DNA of 62,918 bases, filler included, from Octopus bimaculoides (taxonomy: Eukaryota), in the NCBI RefSeq assembly GCF_001194135.2. It is 7 parts of 7 records of this genome, joined end to end, with 100 filler letters (N's around TTAATTAATTAA, not from the genome) between each part and the next. Parts side by side here need not be neighbours in the genome. Positions count along the whole stretch, not along the records: positions 10,130 to 16,245 come from NC_068999.1; positions 16,346 to 22,490 come from NC_068988.1; positions 22,591 to 36,158 come from NC_068981.1; 4 more parts are not named here. One strand, given 5' to 3'. Shown in pieces: positions 13,695 to 24,928 of this stretch. Below the pieces are notes generated by a model. The model saw only the letters and a program-made list of their open reading frames with translations, searched no databases and was not told the origin of the DNA. Position 1 is the stretch's first letter, and each line of letters opens with the position of its first letter. The translations under genes and the position numbers were made by a program.

Positions 13695-16207
13695 TTAAAT
13701 AAGAAATAATACATATTGTAGAAGCTCTTAAAGAGAGTAGGATGGCATGATTGGAGTGTCTTGGATCATAGCTTTACTTGATCAGTGTTTGGCTGGAGGT
13801 GAATAAAATGATATAAGTTTGACCTTCTCTGTTCTTCTTCCTCCATTCGGTGACAACCAACTATCCCTCATAATTGACCGAGAAAAGGGGAAAAGATTGA
13901 AGAATGTAGTCCTACTTCCAGTAAGCATGGGAAAAGAAAAGAATGATGTGGTGGCCCCCAGTTGGAATGTCTTTCATCATAAGTCTGCTCAGTCCTCCCT
14001 TGATTCCCGATTTTTGTAATATATATTTTATTTTTTTGCTTTTATTCTCTTGGCTCTTGTTTACTAACACAAATGCACAGACATCTCCTAAGTTTTTAGG
14101 AATTCTTCTGATAATATTCCACTCTTGAGTTGCTCTCCTGATAGTCTTTGATTTGACAGCCTTCCCACCCACCCCGCCTCTTAATTGATTCCAGTTTCTA
14201 TGGTCGTTGATTGAGAAGGTTTTTTCTGTCTCTTTGCTTCATCTCTTCTTAAATAATTCATAGGAAAAGCATCTCATTCCCAACTGATGCAATTCCTGTT
14301 GAAAGACAAAGTGGCAGATGGAAGGAAACTGAATTATGGAACAACTAAATTATGTTGTTTTTTTTTGTTTTTTTAACTCTTTTCATAAGAAACCCGCCTG
14401 AGACTGTCATAATTCTGTATTGCAGAAATGTTTCTCTGTTGTGTTTCTTAAACAACTCAGATAAATGATATACCAGTGACAGACAAAGTCAGTTTACAAA
14501 CTCTTTCTACAGTCTTGATTTATTACCGTCGTCATCATCATTGTCAGCATCATCATCATCATTGTTATTACCGTGATCATAATCATCATCGTTGTTGTTT
14601 CTACCTCTGCCTTTCCCCACTGGATGAAACATTTTTAGCCAGTGTTGTATTATTGCTTGTTACTTTTCTGGGCACCAAACCCTTTAAGTTTGTCTCACAA
14701 CACTCAGATGTACATTTTCTAAAAAAAAAAGCAGGATGCTCGCAGGATTATTTCATTAGAAACCTGGTCATGGAAGGATTACACTTTGTTATTTCATTTA
14801 TGGAAATTAGAAAAGGAATATTCCTCCTAACAAACAAACCAACACCAGTAGTTGAGTGGTGAGAGACAAATACAAAGACACACATATGCACATGCATACG
14901 CACATTCATGTGACTATCACAGTAAGTTCCTCATTCGGAATTGGCTATCAGTCAACATAGTTATCAATTACCATGTAGTGTAAAGTATTCACCGAAATGA
15001 AAATTTAGAAAATCCGAGTAATAAATTTATCATTTATTCTTATTTTATCTCTTCTTGTTATTTTGCTTAAATTAAGGATTGTTATTCCTTCATTTCTATT
15101 AAGTACTTTACCTTAATTGATCTGAGTGCATTTACATGTAAAATTTTTCTGTAAAGATTTACACTACAGCATGTCTTTGCTCTGTTATTTTCCTTTTACT
15201 GCCTAAATTACTGTGATTTTGTCCAATTTTGGCTGTTTTTTTTTTTTCATGAGCTTTCCATGATACTTCAATGATCTGATGAGCTTCATTTGCATTAATT
15301 TGTGAATATATATATCTGTCTGTCCACCTGACCATCCACCCATTCATTGCTTAGGCATGGCTGTGTAGTTAAGTTCTTTTCACAAACCAAATGGTTTTAG
15401 GTTCAGTCCCACAGAGTGGCTCCTTGGGCAAGTGTCTTCTCTAGTCTTGGACCAACCAATGCCTTATGAGTGAAGTTGACAGACAGTAACTAGAAAGCAA
15501 CCAGAGGATAGAGTAGAAGTCCCTTGATCAAGGTGCCATGCAGTGGGACTGAACCTGATTCTAGAGGGTTATGTGAACCATTTTAACCACACAGACTGAT
15601 AAGGTATGAAAGGTAGCAAACCCCTCTCATGGTTAACAAGTAAACATTTCTATGAGAGAGGGAAATTCTTTACAGCAGACCAATAAGTTCTGACAATTTC
15701 AATAGTCTGGAATCAATAAATATTGTCAAAGAATCAGACTTCTGTGATCTTCATGAAAAGAAAGGTACAAAGATAAAAAAAAAAAGAGGAAAAAAAAGAA
15801 AGAGAAAACAAGGGGAGAAAACTGCGTTTTTGATTGACTGTTGTTTTTGTTGTTGTTGGCACTGGTGTTGGTGGTCATGTGTTGTTGTTGTTACAGTTAC
15901 TGTTTTTCTGCTTCAATATCTTTATTTCTGTCAAACAATCAATAACTCTTCAACAGGAAATGTTGAAAGTTGGAATCCAATTTTCTCTCTTTGAAATGAA
16001 GATTTTGTGTGTTTGTATGTGTGTATGTATGTTTATCTAGGTTTTATGTGTGAGTGTTTTTGCTGGATTGTTTGTGTGTGTGACTGTGTATATAAATAAT
16101 ACATAAATATATGCATTTATACATACATTTATGTGCATACCTACATATATATGTATATATACATGCATATATGGGTACAGGACATAAAAAAACGTGAACA
16201 AAATGAG

Positions 16208-16245
<38 letters not shown>

Positions 16246-16402
16246 NNNNNNNNNNNNNNNNNNNNNNNNNNNNNNNNNNNNNNNNNNNNTTAATTAATTA
16301 ANNNNNNNNNNNNNNNNNNNNNNNNNNNNNNNNNNNNNNNNNNNNAGTGTAATTTACCACCCCCTCACCCGAATTTCAAGACTTGTACCTCTAATAGAGA
16401 GG

Positions 16403-16464
<62 letters not shown>

Positions 16465-16477
16465 CATCATCATATAA

Positions 16478-16674
16478 GGCGGCGAGCTGGCAGAATCGCT
16501 AGCAAAATGCTGAACAAAATGCTTAGCGGTACTTCGCCCGTTGCTACGTTCTGAATTCAAATTCCGCCGATTCGACTTTACCTTTTATCCTTTCGAGGTC
16601 GATAAATTACGTACCAGTGAAACACTGAGGTCAATGTAGTCGATTAGTCCCCTCCTCCCAAATTTCAGGTCTTG
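16478..16674 (+). mobile_element. SINE family A copy with intact 5' end, lacking its last ~20 nt and tail, fused to a Tx1 LINE
   Basis: Starts GGCGGCGAGCTGGCAGAATCG and stops at AAATTTCAGGTCTTG. Other copies (22125-22340, 38300-38515) continue TGCC...AGAAAGGATT. Confidence 0.85.
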
Positions 16675-18190
16675 CTGTCGTCAACAACCGATAGTGGGTA
16701 GCTCTGAAAAGGGTGATTAGAGCTGAGGCGTTAGAGTTTAGTAAGGAAATAGCGATAGAGAAGTCTAGAGTAGAGGGATACCTAGTTAGGAAACTAGAAG
16801 ATGCACTTAGTAAAGGCATAGCGACTGACGTGCTGACGGTCAGATTGGATCTTGACCGATTCTTCAATGTCAAGCACGAAGGTTGTGTTGTCAGAGCTAG
16901 GACACGTGCACCAAAATATGAGGTAACGAAAGCCGTTCGATAGGCCCGGATGGCTGAGGCACAATGAGGAAACAAAACCACAATTCGGTCTTTGACGTTG
17001 CGGAACGCGCGCATGATAGACGAGTCCGAGCAGATGTGTGCGGAATTTCGGCAGCACTTCGCTGAACTGTACGGGGCGCGTGGCGGCAGGGAGACGGAGT
17101 TGGATTTCACCTCTTACCTCGACAGCCTGTCGCGGCTCTCGGTCAGGGATGCTGAGTTCTGCGAAATGCCGATAACAGCTGATGATATTCTTGAAGCGAT
17201 ATCTAGCTGCACAAGGAACAGGTCTCCGGGTTTGGATGGTCTGCCCTTCGTGTTTTATACTCATATGCCAGACTTGTTCGGTGAGCTCTTGGTAGATGTC
17301 TACTGTAATTGGCAACAGAACGGGAGAATTCCCAGTTCGGTGAGCCAATGTGTGGTGACGCTGTTGAGAAATGACCCGAACAAGTGAGACGTAATCGATA
17401 ACTTTAGGAGTTCTATTGGGAATTATTGGAGGGCAAGAGCGGTGACGTTCTGGGGGAATCTCTGGGCGTTGCGGATGTTCAGTTGTCTTGTCTGTTCCGG
17501 AGAACGTTCTGGCCGGGGGGGGGGGGCTCTGCCGGTTCGAGACAAGCTCTACAGGCACGGAAGTGTGGTCAGCCAGTCCTGTCAGAGATGCGCACAGAGC
17601 GATGAAACCGTCTTGCACGCACTCGTACAGTCCTCGGGCATTGCTGACTTGTGGAGCTTTGTCGAACAGCTGTTGTCCCGTGTGGGACAGATTCGACTAT
17701 CGTCCGAGTCCATCGTGATGAACGCCCCGTCACCTTCCTTTGGCCGGGAAGGTCAGGCAGTTTTCCTCTGTCTGATGGCTGTGGCGAAAGAGGTTGTGTG
17801 GTGGACACGTCTGAAAGAGTTGAAGACAGGCATTTTCCTCTGCGGCAAAGGACTCATAAACTTTTTCAGGTTCCACCTGAGAAGGGAGGTGAGGGTGAAG
17901 AGGGAGGTGAGGGTGCAGAGGGAGGTGCTGTCACCCAGTAAGTTCGTCGAAAAGTGGGTGAATGCGGAGAGGATGACCATGTGAATGGGCCTTCACTAAG
18001 TACGCACTTGTAAGCGGGGGATGGTTAAGAGGTGAGGGGTGCTTGCCTGAGGCGCCTTGTGTGATCAGGGTGTCCATGGTGTGTGTGGAGTTTCCTTGGA
18101 CGCTCCTGTTTGGATTTCCTTTCTATTGGGGAATTTAATTGTTTGAATTCTATTGTTAATTCTTTTTGTTTATTTACTATTTACATGCAT
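16675..18190 (+). mobile_element. Tx1/L1-clade LINE ORF2 remnant, 5'-truncated, with the RT core deleted
   Basis: Linker WVALKRVIRAEALEFSK...GCVVRAR. Pre-RT motifs PITADDI and RSPGLDGLPFVFY, then VTLLRNDPNK*DVIDNFR. This joins directly to the C-terminal region LPVRDKL...CQRCAQSDETVLHAL (zf-RVT-like). In-frame stops are present. Confidence 0.85.
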
Positions 18191-18508
18191 CTTTCATTGG
18201 AATTTCAACATCAACAACAACGGTATTTTTGTTTGCATGCATGTATGTATGTATGTATGTATGATGTATGTATGTATGTATGTATGTATGCTTTGTTTTA
18301 TGTATGAATTCTCATGCATACAGTTGCACATTTAGACAAGCTCATATATATCTAAATGATAAGCTTCTGGAAAGTTTTACAGATTTTTACAGTTCCAGTG
18401 ATGGATTGGATTAGTAGTCTTCGAATTAGCTTTCCCCTTTCTGGTTTTGAGGAACTTAATTTCTCAAGATTGGTATTTAGGTAGTATGTTACATATCCCA
18501 GGATCCCA

Positions 18509-18510
<2 letters not shown>
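18191..18510 (-). mobile_element. 3' end of an RLE-type non-LTR retroelement (second copy at 55630-56100)
   Basis: Minus-strand IGILGYVTYYLNTNLEKL...LIRRLLIQSITGTVKICKTFQK resembles the RLE C-terminus (VIGxLG...IQxxxxxGTxxI). The 3' UTR contains a (CATA)n tract and is clearly homologous to the 55.6-kb copy. Confidence 0.7.
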
Positions 18511-18539
<29 letters not shown>

Positions 18540-18639
18540 TGTATGTATGTATGTATGTATGTATGTATGTATAAATGCGTGTGTGTGTGTGTGTATCAGA
18601 TACACACACACAAACACGTGCATATATACATACCTTTTG

Positions 18640-18840
18640 CTTTTTAGTAGTTTCAATCATTAAGACTACGGCCATGCTAGGGCGCCGCCTTGAAGTCGAA
18701 GAAATTGACTCCAGCAATAATTTTTTTCTAAGCCTGGTATTTATTCAATCGATTTCTTTTTGTCGTAACGCTAAGTTACGGGGAACATAAATAAACACCT
18801 ATTGTCAAACGTTAGTGGGGGACAAACATAAAACACAAAG
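18640..18840 (+). mobile_element. SINE family C; other copies near 10690-10890, 35085-35290, 44545-44720
   Basis: Recurrent motif TTTCAGTCATT..ACTGCGGCCATGCTGGAGC.CCGCC...GCTAAGTTACGGGGAC.TAAAC...GTTGTCAAGCG...GGGGACAAAC. Confidence 0.8.
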
Positions 18841-19229
18841 ACGCACACTAATGGATATATACATGTATATGTACACGATGGGCTTCTTTCAGTTTTCGTC
18901 CACCAAGTCCACACACGAGACTTTGGTCAGCTCGGAGCTATAGATGAAAACACTTAGGTGCCACGCAGTAGGACTGATCCTGAAACGGTGTGGTTGGGAA
19001 GCAAACTTCTTACCATTTATACATAATTCGTTTTTAACGGTAGAACTGGAAGTAGATAATGCTATAAATAATAGCGTGTAAATATTAGGCATGCATGGGT
19101 GGTTTAAATGTTTGCTTCCCAACCATGTGGTCTCAGGTTCAGCACTTTGGGCAAATGCTTTTTTACTACAGCGCTGGGCCAAACAAAGCCTTGTAAGTGG
19201 ATAGTATTGTTGGAAACTGAAAGAAGTCC

Positions 19230-19282
<53 letters not shown>

Positions 19283-19489
19283 ATGTTACCTTTGTTTTGA
19301 CATGAGCAGCTCCCCTATAGAAACAATGTTGCTTCCATGAATATTTTTCCATGCTTAAAAAAAAAAGGCTCTATTTTCTCAACATTGAAAGGCAAAGTCG
19401 ACAAAATTTGAACTCAGAATCAAAAGAAATGCTGCGAAGCATTATTTTCAAGTTGTTAACGATTCTGCCAGTTTGACACCTTCATTTAC

Positions 19490-19720
19490 TTCTTTATTGC
19501 CCACCAGGGGGCTAAACACAGAGGGGGACAAACAAGGACAGACAAAGGGATTAAGTCGATTACATCGACCCCAGTGCGTAACTGGTACTTAATTTATCGA
19601 CCCCGAAAGGATGAAAGACAATGTCGACCTCGGTGGAATTTGAACTCAGAACGTAACGGCAGACGAAATACCGCTAAGCATTTCGCCCGGCGTGCTAACG
19701 ATTCTACCAGCTAGCTGCCC
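19490..19720 (-). mobile_element. Young SINE family A copy with a variant 3' end; CpGs intact
   Basis: Near-consensus GTCGACCTCGGTGGAATTTGAACTCAGAACGTAACGGCAGACGAAATACCGCTAAGCATTTCGCCCGGCGTGCTAACG. Confidence 0.85.
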
Positions 19721-20267
19721 TTTGCCACCTTAGTAATAATAATCCTTTCTACTATAGACAGACATTTTGGGCAAGTGTCATTTTCTACCACCTGGGGCCG
19801 TGTAAATGGAAATGTGTAGACAGAAACTAAGTAGAAGCACGTCATATAGATTATACATGTTATACAACAGCCCAGCCTTGGCATACACCGTGTCATACTG
19901 GTTCCGCCAGAGAATTACATTTAGGGTACATGTACCTGTAGTATACTCAGCCACTTACTAATTTATTGAACCTAGTAGTTCAGTTGATCGAATAATCGTA
20001 TCATCCTGGCCAGAAATTCTGACAGCAAACCATTATACGTGCGCGCGCGTGACTGAATTATGTAAGTAAGCATATCAATGAAAATAGCCTTCGGCATTCC
20101 GAATTTTTTTATGATACTTAATTATACAGTAGTATATTTTCATTATCATGATGGCGCACGTGGCTATGTACCTCGCTGATTAGACAACACTATTCTTGAT
20201 TTCTTAGATGGACACAAGGCTTCAAATATGGGGAAGGACATAGTCGAATTTATGAACTTCATTAGTT

Positions 20268-20536
20268 CGTTAGCCAGTCAGTTAGTCTGACATTCAATTA
20301 GTTAATTAGTCAGTCAATCTGACAGTCAATTAGTTAATTAGTCAGTCAGTCTGACAGTTAATTAGTCAGTCAGTATGACAGTCAATTAGTTAATTAGTCA
20401 GTCAGTCTGACAGTTAATTAGTCAGTCAGTTTGACAGTCAATTAGTCAGTCAATCTGACAGTCAATTAGTCAGTCAGTCTGACAGTCAATTAGTCAGTCA
20501 GTCAGTCAGTTAGTTAGTTAGTTAGTTGGTTAGTTA
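20268..20536. repeat. Compound (TCAG/TTAG)n minisatellite adjoining the 3' end of an RTE LINE
   Basis: Repeated blocks GTCAGTCAGTCTGACAGTCAATTAGTTAATTA grade into (GTTA)n that abuts the RTE terminus. Confidence 0.85.
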
Positions 20537-21225
20537 GATTCCGTGCCATGAGGCTGCAACACGATTCCGTGCCATATAAGGTTGCAAACGATCTCTCCTA
20601 TCAGCTCCCCTTTCTGCCATTGTTCTGGTCCCATCACAGCTTCTCCGCCTTTCTCGTCTCCTTTTCTTGTTAATGGTCCTTCGCCATGTGGTTTTAGGGC
20701 ACCCTGCTACCATTTCCCCCTCAGGCTGTCACTGTAGTGCCACCATACAATCACTTTCTTGATCTTGCCCGAGGACATGTTCGATTCAGTTCCAGTGTCT
20801 ACGTCTTATTTCATCACTGACCCTGTTGATGCCTGTTGTCGTTTCAAATGTGTCGTTTTGGTTTCTTTGCAGTCAAATATTCTCTTTAAGCATGCGATTT
20901 GGAAGTTGTCTATTGTTTTTTTTTTCTTCCATTCTTGTCACCATTCAGTTTTCACATCCATAGAGTAATACTGGTCGGACAAGTGTCTCGAACAGTTTCA
21001 GCTTCATTTTGCAACCAATACCTTTGTTTCTCCAAGCTTTTGTTAGACTGTAGAATGCTCTCCGGGCTTTGAATATCCTGTTCTTTATATCCTTGTTCTT
21101 CCTTCATCTTTCTTGACTATCACTCCGAGGTAAACTAATACTTTGACGTCTTCCACCTCATTGTCGCCGATTCTCACACGAACCTGTTCTCTGGCATTAT
21201 TACTCACCTATTGCTTTAGTTTGCC
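20537..21225 (-). pseudogene. Decayed RTE-clade LINE, C-terminal fragment
   Basis: Minus-strand peptides: VYLGVIV; ARRAFYSLTKAWRNKGIGCKMKLKLFETLVRPVLLYGCE; EIRRRHWN*IEHVLG; PEG...GCPKTTWRRTI. These are typical RTE thumb and C-terminal motifs. Confidence 0.8.
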
Positions 21226-21889
21226 AACTTTTGCATGATAAAAGGCAAAACTGACCTCGGCACGATTCCAACACAAAACATACAAGACCGCAACTAAATA
21301 TTTGTCACAAATCTATTTTTTGAGACGCTTCAACAAACCTGCTAATCCACTGGTCAAAATGTTAAGGAAAAAAAGAAAAAAAAACAGATTCAGTCAAGGC
21401 CGTGTGGTTGAGAAGTGCGCTTCGGACTCATGAAGTTCAGGTTCGATCGTACTTATATAGGATTTAGGACAAATATCTTTTACGTATCTTATGAATGAAC
21501 AACGTTTAACTAGAAGTGGGCCACATGAGACGTGGATCATCACCAGGCAGGCCGCGCTACTAAAAACATTTCAAGGTAATTTTTCGTTTAGGTGTGCCAC
21601 TCTGAGAGTCCCCCGACCCACACAGTATGACTGCTAAAGCCTTTGGTCTACCCATGCCTTGTGAGAGTAACACTGGATAGTTTGAACATGTGCGGAAATC
21701 CGTCGGGTGTACTGTACTATAAGTAATATAAATGGCCTGTTTATGTTACGCACGTTGTCTCACTGATTCTACTTCAGAATTAAGTTATGGCTACACGTAT
21801 CTGTGGAATATTCAGCCATGAAAAGGAAAAATCATCATCGAGACCGCCGGAGATCCATTTATTTATCGTTATTGTTGTGACTACAGCAG

Positions 21890-22340
21890 CGAAATAACAG
21901 AATCGTTAGAGCGTCGGACAAAATACTGGCATTTCTTCCGGCTCTTTGCACTCTGAGTTCGTATCCCACTGAAGTTAGATTTGCCTTTCATCCTCTTGGA
22001 CTCGATAAAGTACTCACTCAGATACTGGGGTCGAGTAATCGACTTACCCCACCATACACACCACCACCACTACCACCAAAATTACTCTCATTGTACTAAA
22101 ATTCGAAACCATTATTATTGGTGTTAATACGGCGTGCTGGCAGAATCGTTAGCACGCTGGACGAAATGCTTAGCGGTATTTCGCCCGTCGCTGCGTTCTG
22201 AGTTCAAATTCCGCCGAGGTCATCTTTGCCTCGCATCCTTTCTCGATAAATTAAGTACCAGTGAAACTGTAAGGTCAATGTAATCGATTTAAGCCCGCCC
22301 CCAAAATTTCAGGCCTTGTGCCAATAGTAGAAAGGATTAT
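21890..22340 (+). mobile_element. Two head-to-tail SINE family A copies
   Basis: Two successive GCAGAATCGTTAG...GAGTTC...CCAAAATT units separated by an ATTATTATT tail. Confidence 0.8.
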
Positions 22341-22590
22341 TATTGTTGTTGTTAAGGCAATGAAATCGACTTATCCCCACTCCCCTAAAACATGCTGGCG
22401 TTGCAATCCTTTGTACTATAGGCACAGAACCCGAAAGGATGGAAGGCAGGGCAGCCGAGGTCGACTTTGTCTTTTATTCTTTCGGGGTTANNNNNNNNNN
22501 NNNNNNNNNNNNNNNNNNNNNNNNNNNNNNNNNNTTAATTAATTAANNNNNNNNNNNNNNNNNNNNNNNNNNNNNNNNNNNNNNNNNNNN

Positions 22591-22630
<40 letters not shown>

Positions 22631-22986
22631 TTGAAGTCATGGGTATATATATTGTTAGAAACACTAAATGGGAGAGTATAATTATTTCCTTATATTTCAA
22701 TATCGTGGCTTCTTTGTCAAATATGAGGTGGTAAATTTTGTGTTCCACCATTAAATTACTTTATGAAATATTTATAACTGGCTGAATACATGATGTATTT
22801 ATTTTTTTAATATTCAACAAAACTCATATGTCATATTCAGTAAATAAAACTGCACAGTATAAATGACCAAGGACCTCGACTTTCAAATATGATCATTCTT
22901 TTTATGGTACCATGTTTTTCATATCTAATTCTAGGTGTTTGTTTTTATTTAGTTGCCGCAATAAATAGGTTAAATCCTGTTCTAAA

Positions 22987-23873
22987 TACAAGATGGTATT
23001 GAAAAGAAACCGGAATTTTGTAATATTATTTTATTCACTTACATTTACAAGTTTACACTTTATCAGCTTTAAAGTATTCTCAGTTTGAAGCAATATACCA
23101 GTTCAGGTGCGGTTTCTACTATTCGTAACAGTGCTGGAACACTTACGAAGTGATGCCTGTAGTTTTTACTTCACCTCTTCAACATCTGCAAATTCCGTAG
23201 CACCAGTTTTCGTCACCAGTGATGACCTTCGAAAACTAGTCCGGATCATGTTCCAAATGTTCGTTCACGACGTGCATTCAGTCGTGAGCGCTTTTGATCT
23301 TCCGTGAGCAAGCGAGGTACAATTTTTGCTACAACACTTCATTCACAGTTTCTCGCTCAAAATTCGTTAGCAAATGATCCAGGACACACCAATCATATAA
23401 ACAAGTTCATCAACTGTTCGGTGACGGTCCTCCAAGATAAGTTATTTTAATTTTCGTAATGTTTCCATTCGTTTTGGAGGTTGACGATTAGCCCGAACGA
23501 AGTTGGTCCTGAAGCGACAAGTGACCATTCCTAAAGCATGGAAACACCGTTTAAGCTTCTATTTTGCTCATGGTAACATCCTTGTAAGCTGTTTGAAGCA
23601 TGATAACTTTTCGGCCGCTGTTTTCTCCAGCAGAAAACAGAACTTCACGGAAGCACGCTCTTCCTTCGTTTCAGCCATCGCAAAATTCAGCAAACAGGGA
23701 GAAGCAGTGAAAAACAAAGACGCACCACGTATCAGTGCAACCTCACCCGACGCTGCCGGTCGGCAAACTGACACCTGAGAGTTGCATCAAGTGGTTCTAG
23801 CGGCGAAACCCTGAACTACAACGGTTTTGTCCCGCAGAGAACATTTCTGGTTACTTTTGGCTAAACCGTCGTA
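22987..23873 (-). mobile_element. Internally deleted mariner (Tc1/mariner superfamily) element
   Basis: HTH region MAETKEERASVKFCFLLEKTAAE, then KIVPRLLTEDQKR and VITGDENWCY, joined directly to the C-terminal FADVEEVK. Degenerate TIRs: TACAAGATGGTATTGAAAAGAAACCGGAA and (reverse complement) TACGACGGTTTAGCCAAAAGTAACCAGAA. Confidence 0.85.
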
Positions 23874-24861
23874 TAAAAAGTTTACTCTATGGAGACATGC
23901 CTTAAATAAAATATGAGAAATCGTGGAATTAGTGCAATGTGTTATATATCAGCGAACGCAAATATCAGATATTATCTTCAGAATCTAGTAACATATGAGA
24001 GTTTCACCTGTTCGGATGCATGGATTTATTGCATAAATTGTTGAATACATTAGATTTTATTATGAGCACAACATGAATGCAGCCTGTTCATCTCTGAGTT
24101 CTTTAAAGTTGAATTACTGGTATTTAGTTTAAGATGAAGTAAATAATATTAGAAGTGCAATGATAAATTGATTAAAGTATTAAGAAGCATCATATAGCAT
24201 GTTTTAAATTTGCGAAGAAACTGTTCGCATGTTTTGATTCTTTGATGAAATCGTTTCCTTTTCACTTACAGCACTAATGCTTTTGAGAAACGTTTGAACA
24301 TTTAAAATTTCGTTTACACTTTCACTAAGTAAATGGCTTTTGCGCCTATTTAAAAACTATCAATATAAATGGCTAAAAGCCGTAATTATTATTTGACTCA
24401 CTTGGCGATTTCTAAAGAGCAAATATAAGCTCCTAGCACTTTTAAGTCCGTGACTGGATATTGATTTTCAGCAGTAGACGTTTTACCCATATTATACTAC
24501 ACATACAAAAAACTTCGGTATAATCCGGTTTCCTTTAACTTGACGTCAAAGGGTAGACATGTTTACCATTGAAATCAGCTGTAATGTTATAAATTTGACC
24601 TGTATTTTATTTACTCAGTGATACGTGCGTCTGTATTTGGTTTATTCAATGATAAAAGGGTAGAGAGTAAGGCTTTATGTTCAAGCTGAGCAGCATTGCA
24701 ACCCTAACACTCTCGTTAATGCTGCTACATCATCAACTCCCCCCGCCCTCCTCTTCCTCCTCCCCCTCCTCTTCCTCCTCCTCCTCCTCCNNNNNNNNNN
24801 NNNNNNNNNNNNNNNNNNNNNNNNNNNNNNNNNNNNNNNNNNNNNNNNNNNNNNNNNNNNN

Positions 24862-24928
<67 letters not shown>

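Noticed and set aside
24542-24551. Perfect CRE palindromes TGACGTCA (also near 59286)
   Set aside because: An isolated 8-mer is expected by chance in 63 kb, and there is no supporting context.
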